DNA of 64,000 nt, from positions 15,623,845 through 15,687,844 of the forward strand of contig CM119270.1 of assembly GCA_051294375.1 (NCBI GenBank), given 5' to 3'. This stretch comes from Paraspadella gotoi. Lineage: Eukaryota > Animalia > Chaetognatha. Every line of letters starts with the position of its first letter. Position 1 is the first letter of the stretch. Below the pieces are notes generated by a model, which was not told the DNA's origin, did no database searches, and was given only the letters and a program-made list of their open reading frames with translations. Made by a program: the position numbers and the translations under genes. Shown here piece after piece: positions 28,570 through 39,261 of the stretch.

Positions 28570-28823
28570 CAATGACACCCGGCAAGCAGACTTTGTCCGG
28601 CGACGCCCGGTCCAACGAGACTTGCCGGGACCAACCGCCGGATTTTCCGGGATAGCCCGCCTTTCCGCCGGGATGACCGGATTTTCCGCCGGGGTGACCC
28701 GGTTTGACGCCGGAGTGACCCGATTTGCCGCTGGCGTAGTGTTGGCCCGCTAGCGCCATCGTGGCCGCGGCGCCGTAAGTCAACGAACCGAGGACGGAGT
28801 TCCGATAGGAGGGAGGGGCGTTG
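28570..28823 (-). CDS. Exon with a PPSY motif and 7-aa GKSGHPG repeats
   Basis: ccccttacag| acceptor and TTG|gtgaga donor; 254 nt, phase 2-1, SNAPPSYRNSVLGSLTYGAAATMALAGQHYASGKSGHSGVKPGHPGGKSGHPGGKAGYPGKSGG... Confidence 0.65.
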
Positions 28824-29287
28824 CTGTAAGGGGAAGGGGCAAGGATAGATATCGATGGAGGAAGAGGAAATGGAGGAAAAAAGGTCGTTTTGAAAAAAAA
28901 TCAAGGACGTTGTGGGGATGACTTTGGCCGGAAGAGGGCGGAACGGCGTCATTGACGACGACGACGACGACGACGACCAAAAAGACAAAGATGACGAAGA
29001 CCACGGCCGCAGCCATCAAGAGTCTTATAGGATCGATGCGTAAGAACAAGAAAGACTCGTTAATCCAAGAGAGAGTCGTTAGTTTCTGGTAACATCGGAG
29101 ACGACAACGACGACAACGACGACGACGACAACGACGACCGCCGGAGCAAAAAATGCTGAATATATTACGAGAATCCCATAAAATAGTTTGTGTTATGGCG
29201 TAGCATCACTAGCATGTATTGGTTTTTGGTAGGTAACAACGGGCAGTCTCAGCCGATGTTGATTTTTTTTTAATATTAAAGTTAGTG

Positions 29288-29635
29288 AATCCCCGCTTTT
29301 CACTCTCCATCGTATTGTAATTAATTAATATTAATTAATTAATTAATATTAATATTAGTTAATCCCCGCTTCTCACTCTCCATCGTATTGTAATTAATTA
29401 ATATTAATTAATTAATTAATTAATATTAATATTAGTTAATTCCCGCTTTTCACTCTCCATCGTATTGTAATTAATTAATATTAATTAATTAATTAATTAA
29501 TTAATATTAATATTAGTTAATCCCCGCTTTTCACTCTCCATCGTATTGTAATTAATTAATATTAATTAATTAATTAATTAATTAATATTAATATTAGTTA
29601 ATCCCCGCTTTTCACTCTCCATCGTATTGTAATTA
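29288..29635. repeat. Intronic minisatellite of ~70-80 bp, ~5 copies, with a variable internal (TAAT)n tract
   Basis: atccccgcttttcactctccatcgtattgtaattaattaatattaattaa...ttagtta repeated; begins ~35 nt from the 29669 donor. Confidence 0.95.
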
Positions 29636-29668
29636 CCACCTCCCACTCTTCCCCCATCACGATATCAC

Positions 29669-29804
29669 CTCTTCCGTCCCGCGACGGCGACGGCGCCGCT
29701 CGGAGAAAAGGGCGCCGCCATGACGGCGGTCGGCGCGATCGCCATCGAAGAGGAAAACGACGCCGACGACGCCGCGTTGTGTAGCTTGAATTTTCCGTCA
29801 ACGA
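29669..29804 (-). CDS. Exon VVDGKFKLHNAASSASFSSSMAIAPTAVMAAPFSPSGAVAVAGRK
   Basis: cgctcacag| acceptor and GAG|gtgata donor; 136 nt, phase 1-2, consistent with both neighbours. Confidence 0.6.
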
Positions 29805-30209
29805 CTGTGAGCGAGGATGGAGGAAGAAAACTTTTCTATTTTTAGTATGTTCCTCTTTGTCGCGCTTCATCGCGTTTATCTCTACAAAATTGCTTATATT
29901 TTTTTTTCCAAATACTTATTACTTATATATCACTAAATATGTTTAAAGTCCGAGAACAACAACTTTTCATGATCTTTTTTTCCGAAAGCACCCAATTTCT
30001 GTTCTTTAATCAGTAAACTACATCTATCATCATATTTGCCAATTCTTACCACTCAACCGAATATCTAACCCGAATCCCTAACCCTAACCTCGTAAACTAA
30101 CCATTCTCTTTAAAAACTAACCTAATTCCTAACGAATTTATGACAATCGCAAAAAAAATTCCTAGAAAGAATGCAGATGTTATCATCGATGCTGTCAAAG
30201 AATCCTTAC

Positions 30210-30450
30210 CCGGCGCCCGGTTGAACCGTTGCAAGTGAGAGGGTGAGTTAAGCATCGCCGATGGCGGCGGAAAGGGAAAGTGAGTGCGATGCTGCGTCTT
30301 CGTCGTCGGCGATGATGCGAAGGTGAGTTCGTCGGCGCCGGCGGCGTCCGTTTCCATAGTGGCGGCCTCTGCGGCGTCGGCCGTGCGGTCATCCAAGCCT
30401 GACGGAATGAAGCGCCTGGGCGGGCGCCGCCGATGACGGAACGGCAACTC
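30210..30450 (-). CDS. Exon ELPFRHRRRPPRRFIPSGLDD...HLQRFNRAP
   Basis: attcccag| acceptor after a (CT)n tract and CGG|gtaagg donor; 241 nt, phase 0-1. Confidence 0.6.
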
Positions 30451-30481
30451 CTGGGAATCAATTATGAGAGAGAGAATGAGA

Positions 30482-30546
<65 letters not shown>

Positions 30547-30625
30547 GAGCGTGGGGGAAAGAAGTTGGCGTTTGCAGTTGAACAATCTTCTGTTCTTCTC
30601 TCTGGTCGGAAATTTCTTTCGCTCT

Positions 30626-30660
<35 letters not shown>

Positions 30661-31074
30661 TCTCTCTCCTTAATGGTTACGATAAATGAACTTGTACAAT
30701 CGGCAACGTTCTTCGGGCGGCAGCACTTTGGTTCCGCCCCCCTGAAACGATACCCCTCCCACCACTGACAGATCCACACCCCACAAACCGATTCTCTTTC
30801 CACAACCGATTCGCTCCCCACAAACGTTCTTCCTCCAAAAACCGGCCAAGAGAGACTGAGATAGAGGCAGAAAAATCGGTAATGTTTTAATTTGTTTTCA
30901 AACAACGATTTATTTAAAACATGTCCATATTTTTTTATGTTTTAAAACAAATTTTTATGTTTGTGAACAAATAAAAAAAATTTCCGATTATCCTTATTGT
31001 TTAATTTCCTAATCTTATTACTACATCCGGTTGACCCCTACTTCGAGTTAGAATCCTACTTTCGGATTGCCCCT

Positions 31075-31324
31075 NNNNNNNNNNNNNNNNNNNNNNNNNN
31101 NNNNNNNNNNNNNNNNNNNNNNNNNNNNNNNNNNNNNNNNNNNNNNNNNNNNNNNNNNNNNNNNNNNNNNNNNNNNNNNNNNNNNNNNNNNNNNNNNNNN
31201 NNNNNNNNNNNNNNNNNNNNNNNNNNNNNNNNNNNNNNNNNNNNNNNNNNNNNNNNNNNNNNNNNNNNNNNNNNNNNNNNNNNNNNNNNNNNNNNNNNNN
31301 NNNNNNNNNNNNNNNNNNNNNNNN
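31075..31324. other. Assembly gap (250 N)
   Basis: N run; lies where the exon phase chain is unresolved. Confidence 0.99.
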
Positions 31325-31362
31325 AGAGAGAAAGAGAGAGAAAAAGATAGAGAGATTCTTAC

Positions 31363-31443
31363 CAGGGGATATTCTGGGTGTGGTGGTTGCGTTTGTGGTG
31401 GGTGTGACGACGGTGGTAGCGGTGGCGGGTGGAGAATTCGTCT
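31363..31443 (-). CDS. Candidate Thr-rich exon (ETNSPPATATTVVTPTTNATTTPRISP)
   Basis: tcctccgtag| acceptor and CTG|gtaaga donor; 81 nt. A second frame is also open. Confidence 0.5.
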
Positions 31444-32441
31444 CTACGGAGGAAAAATAGAGAAAGACTAAATGTTAAGAGAACATATATTGTGTTTAAA
31501 AAGATACAGTATTTATTCAAAAGAATCGCCTCTTTTAACAACGTTAATGTTGCAATATCTTTAAAAGTTTTAAAACTCAAGTAATAAAGATGTAATAAAG
31601 ATGTGTTTACTTCTTTGTATGTAATTGTAAATATTGGATGAAAAAAATTGTAGATTTTTTATATTAAATAGATGTTTTATTCTGACTGTCGAAACTATAG
31701 ATGGGCAAATAAAGGATAATTAGGTATTTTTTAAATCATGCACTAATTTTTTTTTCTTGCATATAACTGTAAAATCCTGATATGCTTTATTTTTATTTTG
31801 TATAAAACAATTTTGTTTGTAAGGCTAGGTCGTAAGACTCTCACCTCAACCGGTATTGGGCGCAAAGAAGTACAGGGTTATAGTACAGTACGGTATAGTA
31901 TAGTATAGTAAAGTACAGTAGTCAGCGATCGTGCTACGTCAGTTTTGCCAATGTGCAAAGAACAAATAACAAGACGTTCACTTTACAGTATCGCACGGAG
32001 ACTTAGCATTTAATTTCGTTTAAATCCATTAACAATGATTTTAAAACAAAATAATAATAACTTTTTGAATCAATAAAAATACTAAATACACGTTTTTATC
32101 TATTTACTAAGCAAGAATCGTTATATCCGACGCCCTTTGTATCCCGTTTTCAATTTGCATTTATATCGAATACAGTAAACTCAGATTTCTAACGAAACTT
32201 CATCCCCGACAAAAAAAGAAGCCAAATTTCTTTTCCGTCTCGAGTTTTTGTTTCCTCTTCTTTTTCTCACTCACTCACTCACTCTTCACTTCATAAATCA
32301 CGTTTTCACGGATCAATGAGTTTCTTTCCTTTTTCGATCCGACGCTCGCATCGCGCCACGCCCACTCCTAATCCCCCACCCCCCCATTCCTCCCCCCTTT
32401 GATCGCATTTGTTACGATCAAAGAGGGTCGGATGCGCTCAC

Positions 32442-32526
32442 CTCCCTGCCCGAGCGGCCGGCCCGTCTCTGCCGGGACCGTGACGCCCGGAAGGATCGTG
32501 GCTCCGGGCGAAGACGCTTTGGCCAC
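32442..32526 (-). CDS. Candidate exon VAKASSPGATILPGVTVPAETGRPLGQG
   Basis: ctactcccag| acceptor and GAG|gtgagc donor; 85 nt, GC-rich. Confidence 0.55.
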
Positions 32527-33189
32527 CTGGGAGTAGAGAAGTGTGTTGGGAGGTGGTAAGTTTAGGTGGCGCGGGAGTGGGAAGGTGGTTTTGAGAAGGA
32601 GGGGAGAGGGGAAAAGTAAGAGAAAGAAATTTGTCGATGCGAAGCGAATGTCGAATCAAGGTCGACATTTTTTTTTTTTTTTTTTTTGAAATATGAAATT
32701 TGCCCAGAAGGTCGAGGGGAAATGACATCAAAGAGAAATTCTTAGACGATGACGAAGAAAAAGACGACGACGAAGACGACGATAAAACCGACAACGATTG
32801 AAAACTTGGGGTCAAAATATCGCGTATAAAATGAAATAAACTACTTTATTGAATTTCAATAAATTCCTATTTCAACTTTGGCGGGAAACGAGGAGACGAC
32901 AAAGATCATTCGGAGAAAAAGAGGAATAAAAAAAAAGCAACGATGAATGATGAATATTGAAGACTCGGATGAAAGGAGCAATAAAATAAGAACGACGACG
33001 ACGACGATGACGATGACGATGACGACGAAGACGGAAAAGAGGAAAGAGCGAAAAATTCCTGGCGGAATTGGCGCTGACCACTTGGTCGTAAAATAAACAA
33101 CAACAACGACAGAAGAATAACTTTGAAAATAACAGAAAATGCAAGAAATTTAGTTTTACTGGGAGCTGGATATAATAAAAATAACAATA

Positions 33190-33601
33190 ACTCTGACCCA
33201 CTGGTAGGATGGGGGCTGATGTCCGAGGAAAACGATGCTAGACAACAATAACAACGACGATAACAACAACATCAATGAATTGGTGCTGACCTCCTGGTAG
33301 GGCGGAGGCTGATGTCCGAGGAAAACGATGTAGACAACAATAACAACGACGATAACAACAACATCAATGAATTGGTGCTGACCTCCTGGTAGGGCGGAGG
33401 CTCGATGTCTGCGAAAACGATGTAGACAACAATAACAACGACGATAACAACAACATCAATTGATATTGCGTGCCATGACCTCCTGGTAGGGCGGAGGCTC
33501 GATGTCCGCGAAAAACGATGTAGACAACAATAACAACGACGATAACAACAACATCAATGAATTGGTGCTGACCTCCTGGTAGGGCGGAGGCTCGATGTCC
33601 G
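33190..33601. repeat. 93-bp tandem repeat (~4.3 copies) spanning an exon 3' end and its 5' splice site
   Basis: Unit ctgacctcctggtagggcggaggctcgatgtccgcgaaaaacgatgtagacaacaataacaacgacgataacaacaacatcaatgaattggtg; an older partial copy lies near 33065-33090. Confidence 0.92.
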
Positions 33602-33663
33602 TAGGCGACGTCGATGAAATAATGATCGGACGATTGATGATCATGGACGCAGTTTGCAACGAA
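33573..33663 (-). CDS. Exon SSLQTASMIINRPIIISSTSPTDIEPPPYQE (PPxY motif)
   Basis: cctccctcag| acceptor after a long pyrimidine tract and GAG|gtcagc donor; 91 nt, phase 2-0, matching the 36105 donor. Confidence 0.6.
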
Positions 33664-33733
33664 CTGAGGGAGGAAAGGAGGAAAGGAAGAAGGGAGGAAA
33701 GGAAAGGAAAAAGATTAAAACGGAAAGAAAGGA

Positions 33734-33829
<96 letters not shown>

Positions 33830-34033
33830 AATAAATGATGAAATAAAGCGAGTAAGAAAGAAAAAAAACAAAGAGAAATGCAGAAAGCAAAATACAGAGA
33901 AAAAGGAGATAGAAAAAAGAAAAAAAGATAAAGAAGAGGAGAGGCAATAAGGATGGGGAAATATAGAAAAAATTAGACAAGAGGTTGATATATTCCGCAG
34001 AGAGTGACATCGCAGATTAATTCGTAAATCTTG

Positions 34034-34092
<59 letters not shown>

Positions 34093-34252
34093 TCCACCAT
34101 CAGCGGTCCCAAGCGGCGTCGAGAAATGATATTTGATACTTTTACTTTTACTTTTACTTTTTCGATAAGGGATATTGCAAAGCCTCGCACCATGAAATGA
34201 ATTCTCGTGGTCACGTCAACAACTAGGTATGGTGTACCACTAAACTTGGTCC

Positions 34253-34600
34253 TCGTCGTCGTCGTCGTTTTTGTCTACCTGATTCACAAAAAACTGGATA
34301 GTGAAGACAGGTCGGTGACTCCTCGGCACGACTGGGTAAACAAATCTACAAATCTGTTATTTTGTGGGAGCAAGACTTAAAGCTGCCTCACTGCTGTTCG
34401 TCCTCAGCCTCGTCTCAATTGCTGAGAGGCAAAGTCATCTCGTTACAACCGTGCGTCCCGGGTACAATCCCTGGGTATCTCGGTTCTGGCTTGAATGTGA
34501 CGGAGCAGGTCTAAACATGCCAGTGACAGAAGGCGGTCACTGAGGGTCAATCGGTGAGATACCCCGCGCCCCTGTTGTCACAGGCATTCCTCCCGTTGCC
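34253..34600 (-). mobile_element. Possible short retroelement (SINE-like or LINE-derived) with a structured body and (ACG)n tail
   Basis: Complex GC-balanced island in a low-complexity intron, several self-complementary stems, ending in acgacgacgacgacga on the minus strand. No TSD seen. Confidence 0.3.
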
Positions 34601-35203
34601 ATAATTTATTGTTTTTTCGATCAAAATGCTGCTACTGTAAACATTGCAAATTGCGCAATCTGTCGTCGACGGAAGCAAAAAATGACTTTCTAAACCAAGA
34701 TCTATTTTCTTCTTCTCTTCTGAGATCAATCTTCGTAAGACCTCATTCCAGTTTCGCCTCCAAGAGTCGATGCCCCTTCTCCCTCGCCGTCGTCTTCTTC
34801 CGCTGTGGCGCCTTTCTGTAACTTAGGCGCCTTTCTTCCACTGATGCGCCATTTTTCAATTTCGGCGCTATTCTTTAATTGCGGCGTTCTTTCTGTATGA
34901 CGGCACCTTTCTTACGCGGCAGCGCGCCTTTACAACAAAGAATTTGTTTTCCATTGTAGCGCCCGTTTTCAACGGCAGGGCTCTTCTTTTACCTCGGCGC
35001 CATTCTTCCACTGCAGACATGATCTTAACGGTAGTGCCCTTCCTCCAGGGCGGCGCCCTTCCTTCAACACGGCGCCCCTTCTTCCGCGGCGGCGCCCTCA
35101 TTCTTGTTTCGTCACCTCACCGGCGTCATCCTTTCTCGCCCGACGCGTGAAATGAATCTGTCTTCTCGGGAAAAGGTTTTTCTTAAACGCCAGGTGAACA
35201 TTT

Positions 35204-35272
<69 letters not shown>

Positions 35273-35302
35273 AAAAAGTTCGAGACGCCATGTTGGCAAA
35301 AA

Positions 35303-35356
<54 letters not shown>

Positions 35357-36104
35357 CTCTCTCTTCTCTCTCTCTCTCTCTCTCTTCTCTCCTCTTAAAA
35401 AGTTCGAGACGCCATGTTGGCAAAAATTTTCCCTCTCGCTCTGATTTACGTTTTTCCATAAAATCGAAATTGCTCAAACCAAGAAATGAAAACCCGTTCG
35501 TGAATCACTTTACATTCAAAAACCGATTTCTTTTTTCGCTGATCATTTTTTTTCCTACATTAAATGTAGGGGAATTTAGTTTACAAATCAGTTTGTCGGT
35601 ATGACTCATCGGTTGAGACTTAAAACTTAAATGGGTGGGGAATAAAGTTGATTGGAGCGCTCGGGGAGTTTAATTCCTCCAAAGTACTTCAAATTATTTT
35701 AGTTATTCAAGTTATTTTAATTCAGTGATTCTTAGCTTTCTTAAGCAACCATTCAAGTAAATGCGTATTTTGTCTTCACGGCGACAAGAAGCGAATTTTT
35801 ATTTCTCCCTCATGTATCTTGGATATCTTAGAAGCAGACATCTGAGACTAATTCGCACCTCGTTTTCGTTTCTGACCGCACCGCCACGGGTTGGCCAACG
35901 AAGCGTCGGCGATTCCATTTGGAAAGTGTTATTCGCACGTGAAAAGATGTTCCATCTTAGAAACGAAGCGTTTGTATCTAAGTACCCTTATCTTTATCAA
36001 GCGTCCTAAGTCCAAATGAAGACCTTTCCGTTGACTTACCTTCACATCGATACTGACTTATCTGTAAACTTATCCCTTTTCAGCTCTCCAGCCCCTCCTC
36101 CAAC

Positions 36105-36213
36105 CTGTAGGCCGGCGGCGGTCCCATCTCCGAAGCCCGTCGCGGCGGAGGCAGCGTTTGACGCGGAGCCATTGGCGACGCCTCCTTCATGAACATCCAC
36201 GTCATCAGTTGGT
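36105..36213 (-). CDS. CPNE: Copine exon: end of vWA region (DQLMTWMFMKEASPMAPRQTLPPPRRASEMGPPPAY)
   Basis: tcctccacag| acceptor. QLMTWM aligns to copine QLLSYM and is followed by the usual Pro-rich tail. Donor AG|gttgga is weak; read-through gives RLEEGLES* ending at ~36080. Confidence 0.75.
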
Positions 36214-36249
36214 CTGTGGAGGAAATTTGAGAGAAATATGACTACAATT

Positions 36250-36700
36250 GGGGGAGGAAAAGAAAATAAGGTTAGGAAATTCGGAGAAGGAAATACAATT
36301 GAGAAAGGAAAGGGAAAGAAAATTGAGCGAGAAGATTAAGGAGAGAAGATTACGGGAGGTAAAGGAAAGAAGATTAGGAAATTGGAGAAGAAATTAGAAT
36401 TGAGCAAGAAAAGGAAAATAAGATTAGGAAATTGCAGAAGGAATAAGAATTGGGAGAGAAAAAGGAGAGAAGATTAGGAAATTGGAGAAGGTATTAGAAT
36501 TTGGGAGGAAAATGAGAGAAGATTAAGAAATTGGGGAAGAAATTAGAATTGGGAGAGAAAAGGAAAAGAAAATTAGGAAATTAGAAATTAGAAATTAGAA
36601 TAGGGGTAGGAAAAGGAGAGAAGATTAGGAAATTGGGGAAGAAATTAGAATTGAGCTAGAAAAAGGAGAGAAGATTAGGAACAAGGAGAAAAAAGGTGAG
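36250..36700. repeat. Degenerate ~40-45-bp purine-rich minisatellite
   Basis: gagaagattaggaaattggagaagaaattagaattg recurring about 9 times. Confidence 0.8.
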
Positions 36701-36869
36701 AAGGAATTCGAAGAATGACGAGAGACAGAAATAAAATTGAAAAAGGCGATGGAGAAAGAAATTTGAAGGAAGAAGGCAGGAAGGCAATAGGAAAATATAA
36801 AGGTAATAGAGACAAAAGGGATTAATGTGGGAACGAAGAATACGAAGGGAAAGAAGGGAGAGTAAAGAA

Positions 36870-37481
36870 TAAGGCGTAGTAAAATTTCTTAATTTAACTT
36901 TAATTAAAATTCTAAAAGTGAGGAACGAACAACATTATACTAATGAACATTTATGTAATAAAACAATTTATAATAAATTTTCCAATTTACGCAGTAGGCC
37001 ATATTTATACTAGTACTAAATCAATAAATGTTAAAATTTCAAAACAGTTTTTTCTAAGATTTTTTTGCAGATTTGGATTCGTTATAAAAAGTTGATAAAA
37101 AGAAATATAACTCTTTTTGAAAAATTCCTTCATTAAGTGGGTCAAAAATTAGAAAAAGCTATATTTTAAGCTAAAAGTTAACTTTTTATATATTAAATAT
37201 AGTTTTTTTAATTTTTAACCCACTTAATGAAAGAATTTTTAAAAATGATTTATATTTTCTTTTATCAACTTTTGACGAGGAATTCAAATCTGCAATCAAA
37301 ATTAAGAAAAGCCTATTTTAAAATTTTTCGATTTTATAAGGATAATACTATATATAAATATGGCCTACTGCGAAAATTAAAAAACATAAAATTATTTTTT
37401 TTTACAAATTAATGTTCACTGATGGTATATTGTTCATAATTGACTTTTAGAATTTTCGTATTTAACTTTCACTACGCCTTA
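36870..37481. mobile_element. Fold-back MITE (non-autonomous DNA transposon, hAT-like); second copy ~45750-46357
   Basis: Termini TAAGGCGTAGT...ACTACGCCTTA, imperfect palindrome along its length (cgcagtaggccatattta/taaatatggcctactgcg; ttcattaagtgggt/acccacttaatgaa), exact 8-bp flanking duplication GTAAAGAA (36862-36869 and 37482-37489). Confidence 0.88.
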
Positions 37482-38164
37482 GTAAAGAAAGAGACTAAAA
37501 GAAAGAAATAAATTAAGGAAAAACAGAAGAAGAAAAAAGACGACAGAGAATTAAGACGAGGAAGACGAATGGGAGAAAATGAAGCGAATGGAAGGAATGA
37601 AATGAATAGATGAAGAAAAAGAAATAAAAAGGAATATGAATAGATGAAGGACATTTAGAATTATGGGGGCGTAAAAGGGAAATAGGGGGGGCAGGGAAGG
37701 AAGAAGGGGGGAGAAAAGGGGTGGAAGAGGGAAGGGAGTAAAGATAAAGGGTCATTGAAAGGGGACGAGCGAAGAAGATTGGGTTTTCGAAAGCCGAACG
37801 CAAATGAGAACTATTGGAAAGAAAGGGTCGAAGGCAGGGTGAGGAGGTGAGGAGGTGAGGAGGTGAGGAGGTGAGGATAGGGAAGTGAGTTCGCTCTCGA
37901 CACCTGAACGGGTCACGCCTAACTAATCGCCCCGAGTGGTGACCCTTAGCAAATAGGTCTAGAACTCCGGAGCGACAAGACTTGACCGGGGACCTGACCC
38001 GGGTCATGACCCGGACAAAATGGGTCTAGTCAGCGCGATAGGGAATGCCGACGACGATGACGACGACGACGACGATGACCTTGACGTAGAACGATGTCGA
38101 TGGCGCAACAATGACGACGACAACGAGGTCAATGAACCTTCAAAGAAAAAAAAACGTCCTTAAA

Positions 38165-38261
<97 letters not shown>

Positions 38262-38272
38262 CCTCCCCTCAC

Positions 38273-38397
38273 CAGATGTATTGCAGCAAGGCCTTGGTGA
38301 TTGCGGCCTGTGAATTTTCGACGGTGGCCTCGGGTCCCTGGTTGTAGTTCGAGTAGAGATCGAACTGGACCGTTTCTCTTTCGGCGCGACACTTCAC
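38273..38397 (-). CDS. CPNE: Copine vWA exon VKCRAERETVQFDLYSNYNQGPEATVENSQAAITKALLQYI
   Basis: ccgtcag| acceptor and TG|gtgagg donor. AERETVQF matches copine AERDIVQF. Confidence 0.88.
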
Positions 38398-38814
38398 CTG
38401 ACGGGGTGAACGATGAAGAATGGGAAAAGTTGAGGTGTGAGAAAAGAAAAAGAAATGAGAAATGATAAGAATGATAAATGATGCGGAATGGGAGGAACGA
38501 AAAATACGAAGGTGAATATCGAACAAAAATTATGAAGATGAAAAAGACAAGAAAATAACGAAAAAGAAAATTTATATTTTTATTAATTTCACACTCTGTA
38601 ACAGATGACTTTGTAAACAAGTTCTTAGAACTTAATCTTTTCGTTAATTCAAAGATCCCAAAAATCTCCCCTCCCACCGTCTCACCCGCTCTGTGGTTTT
38701 TCTGCCTTAATTTCGACTTCAAAATGTTCAAAATCGTTTATCTGCTTTACCATTGTATTGACTATCATATCACACTATCGCACAGTCGTACTATCGCACT
38801 ATATCACTGTATCA

Positions 38815-39148
38815 ATATCGAACCCGCACCGTGAATTTTCTGCCTAACCAAAGACTATGTCTGTATTTTTCCTACCTCACCTCCTATGTAATGTAATTTT
38901 TCTGCCTCACCTCACATTTTCAAATCTTTCGCAATGTGGCTTTGACTTTCAGTATCAAACCCGCACTGTGCCTTTTTCTGCCCCTTCAACCTTTAACTTT
39001 TCGCAATATCAAAACCCGCACTGTGCCTTTTTCTGCCCCTCACCTTTAACTTTCAATATCAAACCGCACTGTGCCTTTGCTGCCTCTCACCTTTGGACTT
39101 TCAATATCAAACCCGCACTGTGCTTTTCTGCCCCTCACCTTTGACTGT
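38815..39148. repeat. ~48-bp minisatellite containing the donor AAG|GTGAG (4 clear copies here, 6 at 47780-48056)
   Basis: Unit tatcaaacccgcactgtgccttttctgcccctcacctttaactttcaa; the last unit overlaps the end of exon 39139-39261. Confidence 0.9.
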
Positions 39149-39261
39149 CCGATGACGACCGACTTTCCGTCGCACTGCAGCGTCTCCATTCCCGCAAAGT
39201 CGTCGTCGCCGACGCCCACGATGACGATGGAAAGCGGAAGCGGCGACGCCGCTACGATCGC
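39139..39261 (-). CDS. CPNE: Copine vWA exon AIVAASPLPLSIVIVGVGDDDFAGMETLQCDGKSVVIGQSK
   Basis: ttcacag| acceptor and AAG|gtgagg donor; 123 nt. Matches the copine signature AIVxASxLPMSIIIVGVG. Confidence 0.95.

Noticed and set aside
30063-30135. CCCTAA telomere-like motifs
   Set aside because: Only two tandem units plus degenerate pieces; too short for an interstitial telomere call.
30680-30856. Candidate extra minus-strand exon
   Set aside because: Weak donor (TC|gtaacc), ambiguous frame and adjacent to a gap; not supported enough to call.
34499-34527. acggagcaggtc match to SRP (7SL) RNA helix 8
   Set aside because: The upstream CAGG-GNRA half of helix 8 and the Alu domain are missing; a 12-nt match is likely chance.
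37880-38140. GC-rich block between copine exons as a possible exon
   Set aside because: Low-complexity (GAC)n with stops in all three minus-strand frames and no copine similarity.
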